From an uncultured Chitinophagales bacterium (GTDB lineage: Bacteria; Bacteroidota; Rhodothermia; Balneolales; HLUCCA01): a DNA stretch of 64,000 bases. How positions within the stretch are numbered: the stretch's first letter is position 1; the number at the start of each line of letters is the position of its first letter. Shown here in pieces: positions 57,261 to 64,000 of this stretch. The stretch spans positions 99 through 64,098 of the forward strand of contig CAZDYD010000001.1 in assembly GCA_964509715.1 (NCBI GenBank). Reading direction: 5' to 3'. The position numbers and the translations under genes are program-made. The notes beneath the pieces were generated by a model that saw only the letters and a program-made list of their open reading frames with translations, was not told the DNA's origin and searched no databases.

Positions 57261-58934
57261 TTATTTTTTCAGACCGAATACTTTTTTGATCGTTCCCCAG
57301 AGTCCATCACCTTTTTTGTCCTGAGGTTTGGCATCTATTTTGCCAGATTGAAACGGATTGCTTACTTGTTGGATTCGTTCTTGTCTTAGTTTCTCACGGT
57401 CGGGATTGTTTCGACTGTCGTCACTTTGTTTTCCACGAGCAACCCTTTTGTTTCTACCATTACGGCTATTCGATTCAGGTTTTGGTGAATCCATAACCTT
57501 AGTCTTTTCCAACTTAGGTTGGTCAGAGGTTGTCTGCCCCGCTGGCTTCTTACGACGATTATTCCTGCGTTTGTTGTTCGATTTTGGTTTCTCAATATCA
57601 GTCTGTTGTTCAGTACTGGCTGAGGACGCTTTCTGATTCAATGATACAGACTTTGTTTGATCTGGCGCAGATACCGCGATCTCGGAAACTGGTTTATCTG
57701 ATGATGCGGGGGCAGTACGTTTCGCCGGCCTTGGACGGTTTTGGTTACTTCGCCTTCTGGAGTTATCGCCCTGTCTTGCTTCAGATTGGGTTGATTCCGA
57801 TGGTTGATCTTGTTGATCAGCGCCAACTACAGGGTTTTCGATGATTGTTAGCCTGTCTTTCATTTTGTCTTTAATGACTTGAAAGTATCGGCTGTCATTT
57901 CTTGATACCAGTGTGATAGCAGTACCCTTTTTCTCAGCCCTTGCCGTACGACCAATTCTATGGATATAATCGTCAAGATCACGGGGCACATCAAAATTGA
58001 GTACATGAGAGACACCCGTAACATCGATTCCACGTGCCATAACATCTGTCGCCACAATCACATTTATTCGACCAGCTTTGAAGTCACCCAGTGTTGCTTC
58101 ACGTTCTTTTTGATCACGATCACCATGAATAGAACTGACTTTGACCCCTTTTTTTCGAAGGGCACGGGCCAGACTATCGGCACCACGCTTGGTGCTTGTA
58201 AAAACAATTGCTGACGCAACTTCAGAGTCGTCAAAAAGGTGTAGGACAAGATTCAGTTTGCCATCGTCATTCACTTTATACGCGATCTGTTCAACCCCCT
58301 CTGCCGGGATGAAAGAAGAAATGTTGATGCGGAGTGGGTTTTTTGTAAGCTCCCTGGCCAAGTGTTCGATCTTATCGGACAATGTCGCTGAGAAGAGCAA
58401 TGTTTGTCTTTCTTTGGGCAACCTTCGAATAATCGTCATTACATCTGGAATAAAACCCATATCCAGCATTCGATCGGCTTCATCCAATACAAGAAACTCA
58501 ATTTTTGAAAAATCCACATTCGAGACCTTAATGTGATCGAGCAATCGTCCCGGTGTAGCTACCAAAACGTTTACTCCATCACGAATCGCCTGCTCCTGAG
58601 CGCCCCAGTCTGTCCCACCATACACCGATGCGGTAGTGATGCCTGTGTGATATCCGATCGACCAGAATTGCTCGTCTATTTGCATCGCAAGCTCTCGGGT
58701 TGGCGCCAATATCAAAGCACGAATACCTACTTTTTTGTTGGTAGATAATTTCTCTAAAAGTGGCAGGGCGAAGGCTGCGGTTTTACCGGTTCCAGTCTGA
58801 GCGGAAGCCAGTAGATCCTTTCCCTCAAGTACTGCAGGTATCGCCTGAATCTGAATTGGTGTTGGTTTCGAAAAGCCCATGTCTGAGAGACCCATCAGAA
58901 GGTCCTGACTCAGATTAAAATCGTTGAATGACAA
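57261..58934 (-). CDS. DEAD-box ATP-dependent RNA helicase with a long basic low-complexity C-terminal tail
   Basis: It has a Q-motif region, 'AQTGTGKT', 'DEAD', 'SAT' and 'HRIGRTAR'. The last approximately 185 aa (about 57261-57812) are rich in K, R, S, Q, N and P. Confidence 0.93.
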   Translation of the reverse strand: MSFNDFNLSQDLLMGLSDMGFSKPTPIQIQAIPAVLEGKDLLASAQTGTGKTAAFALPLLEKLSTNKKVGIRALILAPTRELAMQIDEQFWSIGYHTGITTASVYGGTDWGAQEQAIRDGVNVLVATPGRLLDHIKVSNVDFSKIEFLVLDEADRMLDMGFIPDVMTIIRRLPKERQTLLFSATLSDKIEHLARELTKNPLRINISSFIPAEGVEQIAYKVNDDGKLNLVLHLFDDSEVASAIVFTSTKRGADSLARALRKKGVKVSSIHGDRDQKEREATLGDFKAGRINVIVATDVMARGIDVTGVSHVLNFDVPRDLDDYIHRIGRTARAEKKGTAITLVSRNDSRYFQVIKDKMKDRLTIIENPVVGADQQDQPSESTQSEARQGDNSRRRSNQNRPRPAKRTAPASSDKPVSEIAVSAPDQTKSVSLNQKASSASTEQQTDIEKPKSNNKRRNNRRKKPAGQTTSDQPKLEKTKVMDSPKPESNSRNGRNKRVARGKQSDDSRNNPDREKLRQERIQQVSNPFQSGKIDAKPQDKKGDGLWGTIKKVFGLKK

Positions 58935-59140
58935 AATCGTTATAATTGTTTGTTTTATTTTACCCGGTAGTGATCTTCCAATCTAAAACCTGTTAGTTTC
59001 TATATTCAGCAAATATACGAAAAAAATGACTTGCATCTTAGTATTTGACCGTGACATCACATTCATTCTTCCAAGTTCAAGAGGGTTTACGTATATTGTT
59101 GGGATATATAATGCTCACAAATAGGTAGCGATCCAGGTTT

Positions 59141-59500
59141 ATGAATTACACAGAAAATCATTTTTACATTTGTAGAATACCCTTAAGTGCTGAAGGTCCA
59201 CAAGATGTTGAGATTGTTGATTCAATTGAATCGACCGAAAACTTTCCCGCATTATTTCAGAAGTACGAAGAACTTAGGTCACATGCATTCAACAAAGACC
59301 AATTGTATAGCGTTGTACGTGCTGATGAGCTATTTGTATTGATACGTACCGCTGGAGCAAAACTTGCCAAAGAACTGGCCTTTGAAGAGTCACGTTCGAA
59401 CCTGATTACCAACCTGCAACACCGAGTAATGCAATCGCGCGACGATAATGCACGTGCTATTCTGCGCGATGTTCACGAAATCGACACCAGCTTCAATTAA
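59141..59500 (+). CDS. hypothetical protein
   Basis: It is a 119-aa ORF with no recognised motif. The coding call rests on ORF length and position only. Confidence 0.4.
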   Translation: MNYTENHFYICRIPLSAEGPQDVEIVDSIESTENFPALFQKYEELRSHAFNKDQLYSVVRADELFVLIRTAGAKLAKELAFEESRSNLITNLQHRVMQSRDDNARAILRDVHEIDTSFN

Positions 59501-59607
59501 ATACAAATCGAACAAGGCAGGGACCAGACCATCCCAAACATATGTCTGGAATACTTCCTGCCATTCATTGAACGGTGTGACAGGGTCATTTGTAACCAAA
59601 AAATAGA

Positions 59608-60180
59608 ATGACAAAACCCGAAAACACTACGGTCACAAATTTGGATCCCATAAGTAAGGAATCCCTGCTCCGTTTATCTGAGTCTATTGTGGATCAGATT
59701 GATATCATTGAGTCTGCCGATGAGCAGACCGAGTTGCACAAAGTCCACAAGGCCTCAAAAAAATTACATCACATAGGCGACGAGCTGCTTGATCTGCGTC
59801 AGGTTGCCCAAGGTGATGATCTAACTTACATTAACTTCATGCTTGGTTCGGTTTGTTATCAACTGGGTTATTTGGAAAAGTCCAAGGAAGCCTATGAGGC
59901 AGCGCTTATAGATTGGCCCGACCATGTGGGATTATTAAATGAATATTTCCTGGCTCTGACCGATCTTGGGGACCTCCCAAAAGCATACGAAGTCATTCTG
60001 TTGAGTATCAAACACGGAGGAGAAACTCCGGATGTACTTCAGAATATGGCAACCGTACTGGCCAGAATGGGTCGGATTGCAGAAGCAAAAGCGGTACTCT
60101 TCAATTGCATGTCCAAATTTCCTGACGACATCCAAAGCCAGCAATTACTCGCTGAACTCGACAATAATTTTACCCCCTGA
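59608..60180 (+). CDS. hypothetical TPR-like helical repeat protein
   Basis: The C-terminal half has TPR-like A/Y/L periodicity ('GSVCYQLGYLEKSKEAYEAAL..', 'ATVLARMGRIAEAKAVLFNCM'). Confidence 0.5.
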   Translation: MTKPENTTVTNLDPISKESLLRLSESIVDQIDIIESADEQTELHKVHKASKKLHHIGDELLDLRQVAQGDDLTYINFMLGSVCYQLGYLEKSKEAYEAALIDWPDHVGLLNEYFLALTDLGDLPKAYEVILLSIKHGGETPDVLQNMATVLARMGRIAEAKAVLFNCMSKFPDDIQSQQLLAELDNNFTP

Positions 60181-60193
60181 AAACAGAAACGCA

Positions 60194-60937
60194 ATGGCAA
60201 AAAAAACCTCATCCAGAAACTTTACCGGTGGAAAACGTCCAATGCGTTCGAAAAAAGACCGAACGATTCATATCGTGTTTGAGGACAATGATATGCTGGT
60301 CGTATCCAAACCCTCCGGACTGCTTTCGGTACCAATTCCTAACATGCAATCGGCGAATCTACTCGAGGCTTTGAACATGGAGCTGTCGATCAATAATGAA
60401 AAAGCCATAACAGTACATCGTATCGACCGATACACTTCAGGGTTGGTGGTTTTTGCCAAAAACAGTGATGCACACCGCGAGCTGGTCAAACAGTTTCTGA
60501 GTCATACCCCCATCCGTACCTATCTGACTTTGGTGCGGGGTGTTGTGAAAGAGGACAGTGGTGAACTATTGCACTATCTAAAGAAAGTACAACGTGGATT
60601 TAGAAATATCGTTGTCAAAGAGGGCGATCCCGATGGATCATTGGCCAGAATGACTTTTAAGGTGCTTGAGCGCCACAACGAAACCACACTGCTTCAGGTA
60701 AACCTGGACACAGGTTTAAAAAACCAAATACGTGTTCAGCTCGCTGAATTCGGACATCCTTTGGTCGGTGACCGTCATTACGCAAGTGATGAAATAAATG
60801 AGACACTGATCGATAGACAAGCCCTTCATTCTTGGAAATTGACCTTAAATCACCCAAGAACCGGCAAACCCGTTCATTTTGAGGCAGATGTTCCCTCCGA
60901 TATGCGCCGAGTAATAGATGCATATCGCAAAAAATGA
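60194..60937 (+). CDS. RluA-family pseudouridine synthase
   Basis: It has the catalytic motif 'HRIDRYTSGLVVFAK' and 'KNQIRVQL'. I moved the start to ATG 60194 (MAKKTSS), because the track's 60032 start overlaps the preceding gene. Confidence 0.88.
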   Translation: MAKKTSSRNFTGGKRPMRSKKDRTIHIVFEDNDMLVVSKPSGLLSVPIPNMQSANLLEALNMELSINNEKAITVHRIDRYTSGLVVFAKNSDAHRELVKQFLSHTPIRTYLTLVRGVVKEDSGELLHYLKKVQRGFRNIVVKEGDPDGSLARMTFKVLERHNETTLLQVNLDTGLKNQIRVQLAEFGHPLVGDRHYASDEINETLIDRQALHSWKLTLNHPRTGKPVHFEADVPSDMRRVIDAYRKK

Positions 60938-61005
60938 AACGAACTCGTGCGTTCATCCATTAAATATGGATGTAACAGCGTAACTATTCACTAATCTTAT
61001 AGAAT

Positions 61006-61830
61006 ATGTTAGAAGAATCCCAAGAGTTGGTAAACACATTGTTACCACTCGCAATCGACTATTCAATGAATATTGTAGGAGCAATAGTCATACTTACCAT
61101 CGGTTGGATGGTAGCAAACTGGCTCAGCAAACGTGCCTATAATTTTGCGGCAAATTCGACCAAAATTGACAATACCCTGGCTCCGATTTTCAAAAAAATT
61201 GTAAGAATTGCCATCATGGTGATCACGATTTTGGCCGTTCTTGCACGTTTCGGTGTTGAGACCACAAGTGTAATCGCGGTTCTTGGTGCCGCAACCCTTG
61301 CCATCGGACTTGCGCTTCAGGGCACACTGAGTAATGTGGCATCCGGTGTAATGCTATTGATTTTCAGACCATTCGGAATCGGAGATGCCATTAACGTCAG
61401 CGGTGTTTCTGGTTCGGTTATCGAGATCGGCCTGTTCACTACCACGTTCAGAACTTTTGACGGATTGGCCGTAATGGCTCCAAATTCAAAAATATGGGGT
61501 AATGAAATCACCAACTTCAGCCGTAATAATACACGGAGGTTAGATATAAACGTGGGGATCGATTACTCAGACGATATGGACAAAGCCATTGAAGTACTGA
61601 TGAAAATGCTTGAAAATGATGAGAGAGTGCTGAAAGATCCCCTACCACAAGTAATGGTTTCCGATCTTGGCGATAGCTCGGTTGACCTAATCGTAAGAGC
61701 CTGGATTAATCGTGATGATTTCTGGGCAGCAAAATGGGATCTGACCAAAAGAACCAAGGAAACCCTCGACACAAACGGCATTTCCATTCCTTTCCCTCAA
61801 AGAGATGTACATTTGTACAAAACAGACTGA
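61006..61830 (+). CDS. small-conductance mechanosensitive channel (MscS family)
   Basis: It has 3 TM helices followed by an MscS beta-domain block, 'LSNVASGVMLLIFRPFGIGD..G.V.EI.LF.T'. Confidence 0.88.
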   Translation: MLEESQELVNTLLPLAIDYSMNIVGAIVILTIGWMVANWLSKRAYNFAANSTKIDNTLAPIFKKIVRIAIMVITILAVLARFGVETTSVIAVLGAATLAIGLALQGTLSNVASGVMLLIFRPFGIGDAINVSGVSGSVIEIGLFTTTFRTFDGLAVMAPNSKIWGNEITNFSRNNTRRLDINVGIDYSDDMDKAIEVLMKMLENDERVLKDPLPQVMVSDLGDSSVDLIVRAWINRDDFWAAKWDLTKRTKETLDTNGISIPFPQRDVHLYKTD

Positions 61831-61883
61831 TCATTAGACTTCAGAATTACGAAATTCCGTACTTTTTTATGTAATTATCACCC

Positions 61884-61919
61884 AAACCGATATTCCTTTG
61901 CGGGATATCGGTTTTTTTT
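61884..61919 (+). terminator. rho-independent terminator after the MscS gene
   Basis: The stem ccgatat (61887-61893) pairs with atatcgg (61905-61911). It is flanked by AAA and a T8 run (61912-61919). Confidence 0.75.
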
Positions 61920-62021
61920 AATGTAATTTTGCAAGAATACTGTTAAAAAATTAACTTAGCCATTCAATGGGTCTGTATAAATGTTAGATCAGACCCAAAA
62001 TGTGAAACGTAGGAGTTCCAA

Positions 62022-63749
62022 TTGGAAAACAAAGAGAACATGGAAGAACATACTGAACCCGGCTTCCATCCGTCTGGCGATGAGTCATTTTACACTGACC
62101 TTGTTCAGAAAGCAAACGAGCTGAAAACAAATACCGACTGGCAACATGTTGCGCTCGAATTTGAAAACATCCGTCTGAAATGGTCAGAAGGTCCTGAAAT
62201 AGATGCAGACCGTAAGAAAGAACTGTTCGCATTGATCAATGCCGCATCAGATGAATTCGCAATCGCCAGAAAAGAACACTACGAAAAACAGCAGGAACGC
62301 AAAAAAATCAACTTCGAAAGAAGAGACGGCCTCCTGGAAAAACTGAGATCTATCGTCCAGTCCAAGAAATGGAGCGCCTTCAACGAGGTTTACGCACTTC
62401 AGAGAAAATTTGAAGAGATCAGACCTGTGCCGGCAAATGCAGAATCTCAGAACGAAGAGTTCAATCGGTTAATGGATCAGTTTAATGAAGGTAAAGTTGA
62501 TTATCTGGTTAAGGTCAGACAAAAAGAAGAAGAAAACCTTTTTATAAAACTGACCATCCTCGATAAGATGGAGTCGATTATCAAGTCCATCAGCAAGGAC
62601 ACTTCCGACTGGAAAGCCGTAGAACAGCAAATTGAAGACCTCTCAGACCAATGGAAGAAAGTTGGGAGGGTTGTCAAGGAAAAATCTGACGATGTTTGGG
62701 AGAAGTTCAAGACACTTCGCGACAACTACTTCTCCGCTAAAATGGAGCATAATGCCGAATATCGTGGGGAATTGGAAAAAAACCTGAAGTTGAAGACCCA
62801 ACTTTGCGAAAAAGCCGAAGCTCTTTTGACCGAATCTGATTTGGCAATAGCCTCAAAAGAGATGAATTTGCTGAACAAGCGATGGAAGGAAGTCGGACCT
62901 GTTGCCCGGGAGTTTTCTGATCAGGTTTGGGAGCGATTCAAAACAGCTAACGATAAATTTAGCGAGATTCGTAACTCAAACCTTGACACCATCCGCGATC
63001 TGGAACAAAAAAATCTGGAAGCCAAAGAAGCACTTTGTGAAAAAGCGGAGAAAATCGCTGAGTCTAACAGCGCCGAAGAACAACGCGAAATCATTGAAAA
63101 ACTCTTCCAGGAATGGAATGCCATCGGACCGATTCCCAAACGCAAAACCAAAAAAGTGTGGAATCGATTTAAAAAAGCCATTGATAACATACAAGATCAA
63201 CGACGTAACTTTTTTAAACAACAAAGGATAGAGCAAAAAGATAATCTTGCCAAAAAGCGTGAGATTATCGAGAAAATTTCACAACTATCCACCAGTGAAG
63301 ACCTCAATTCTTCGGTACAGGTAGTCAAAGATCTTCAGACTGAATTTCAAGCAATCGGATTTGTACCAATCAAACAAAAGAACAAAGTGTGGGACGAGTA
63401 TCGCGCGGCATGCGATTCATTCTTCAAAGCACTTCGGGCAAGTGGTGCAACTTCCTCACACGAAACACAAAGTCATAGTCACAGCTCTGCTAGACATAGT
63501 GATACTGGCACAAGAAGTGAAATCAAGGCCAAACAATCTGAACTGTACAGATTGAAGAAAGAATGTGACAAGTTAAATGATACCATTCTTCAGTATGCTG
63601 ACTCTAAAACGTATATCAAACCCAATAAAAAAGGGATGGTCTTAATGGATGAGATTCAGCAGAAAATTGACAAAGCTAAAGCTGAACTAAATGAAAAGTC
63701 TGAAGAATTGGATCGTCTGAGACAGGAAATTGAGACGCTATCATCCTGA
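62022..63749 (+). CDS. DUF349 repeat protein
   Basis: It has at least 4 repeats of the W-x2-(V/I)G-x-(V/I)-x7-8-(V)W-x2-(F/Y) unit (for example 'WKKVGRVVKEKSDDVWEKF' and 'WNAIGPIPKRKTKKVWNRF'). It starts at a TTG with AGGAG 6 nt upstream. The alternative ATG is at 62040. Confidence 0.85.
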   Translation: MENKENMEEHTEPGFHPSGDESFYTDLVQKANELKTNTDWQHVALEFENIRLKWSEGPEIDADRKKELFALINAASDEFAIARKEHYEKQQERKKINFERRDGLLEKLRSIVQSKKWSAFNEVYALQRKFEEIRPVPANAESQNEEFNRLMDQFNEGKVDYLVKVRQKEEENLFIKLTILDKMESIIKSISKDTSDWKAVEQQIEDLSDQWKKVGRVVKEKSDDVWEKFKTLRDNYFSAKMEHNAEYRGELEKNLKLKTQLCEKAEALLTESDLAIASKEMNLLNKRWKEVGPVAREFSDQVWERFKTANDKFSEIRNSNLDTIRDLEQKNLEAKEALCEKAEKIAESNSAEEQREIIEKLFQEWNAIGPIPKRKTKKVWNRFKKAIDNIQDQRRNFFKQQRIEQKDNLAKKREIIEKISQLSTSEDLNSSVQVVKDLQTEFQAIGFVPIKQKNKVWDEYRAACDSFFKALRASGATSSHETQSHSHSSARHSDTGTRSEIKAKQSELYRLKKECDKLNDTILQYADSKTYIKPNKKGMVLMDEIQQKIDKAKAELNEKSEELDRLRQEIETLSS

Positions 63750-63903
63750 TTCTTTCCTTCATTTCTTGTTTTCGATTTTACCTGTTTTCGGATGTATCAG
63801 ATGTACAGCAGGTAACATTTATTCTCACATTAAATTTAACCTGATGGATTACGGTATCACCATACTCCATCACTAATTTGAAAACTTAGCAATCTATCCG
63901 GTC

Positions 63904-64000
63904 ATGGTCGGTAATGAAAAAGTTACTATCCGATTTTGGGGTGTTCGGGGATCTATACCCTGTCCGGGAGACGCGTATACAAAATTTGGAGGGAATACAT
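63904..64000 (+). CDS. 5' fragment of an MBL-fold hydrolase-like gene (runs off the window)
   Basis: The ATG at 63904 opens MVGNEKVTIRFWGVRGSIPCPG.., an N-terminus typical of MBL-fold metallo-hydrolases. Only 32 codons are visible. Confidence 0.4.
   Translation, partial: MVGNEKVTIRFWGVRGSIPCPGDAYTKFGGNT

Noticed and set aside
60032-60193. Long N-terminal extension of the RluA-family ORF that overlaps the TPR-like gene
   Set aside because: The extension has no pseudouridine-synthase similarity and overlaps 149 nt of the preceding gene. The ATG at 60194 gives a normal basic N-terminus (MAKKTSSRNF..).
1-64000. Search for tRNA, rRNA, tmRNA, CRISPR repeats, integrase/transposase genes, phage or defence-system genes
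   Set aside because: I recognised none by eye, and no ORF shows recombinase, nuclease-helicase or toxin-antitoxin hallmarks. The scan was manual, so tRNAscan, Infernal, PADLOC or DefenseFinder would be needed for a definitive negative.

Overview
Dense 64-kb chromosomal window with about 50 protein genes. It looks AT-leaning by eye (GC not computed). I recognised no rRNA, tRNA, CRISPR array, transposase or integrase. Several families point to an FCB-group Gram-negative: a T9SS C-terminal sorting domain, a Sec-type clade-II nosZ cluster, and DUF3127, DUF4920 and DUF5916 proteins. Bacteroidota/Balneolota-like is a guess only. Many genes have clear Shine-Dalgarno sites. Main blocks, left to right: (1) a LacI / Na+-solute symporter / galK / DUF1343(NamZ-like) sugar locus; (2) an ECF sigma / anti-sigma / DUF4097 / CBM9-DUF5916 envelope module; (3) nifJ (PFOR) with a coupled DHOD-like gene; (4) a complete clade-II nitrous-oxide reductase cluster (Rrf2 regulator, cytochrome c, nosZ, membrane protein, two nosL, nosDFY) with a conserved operator-like motif in two promoter regions; (5) housekeeping genes (ABC-F, M19 dipeptidase, DEAD-box helicase, RluA, MscS, DUF349). 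The most interesting region is 43.9-53.2 kb on the minus strand. There, four tightly coupled genes match, in fold, size and motifs, the Campylobacter jejuni Cj1415/Cj1418/Cj1417/Cj1416 enzymes, which build the activated phosphoramidate donor 3'-phospho-CDP-amidate from L-glutamine. In this window they lie outside any capsule locus and run directly into a 1.65-k-aa T9SS-secreted protein (PAP-like metallophosphatase + 9 FN3-like modules + 3 Ig-like domains). No recognisable phosphoramidate transferase or methyltransferase is nearby. I read this as a candidate undescribed P-N modification system. All homology statements rest on motifs read by eye and need HMM, BLAST or structure confirmation.
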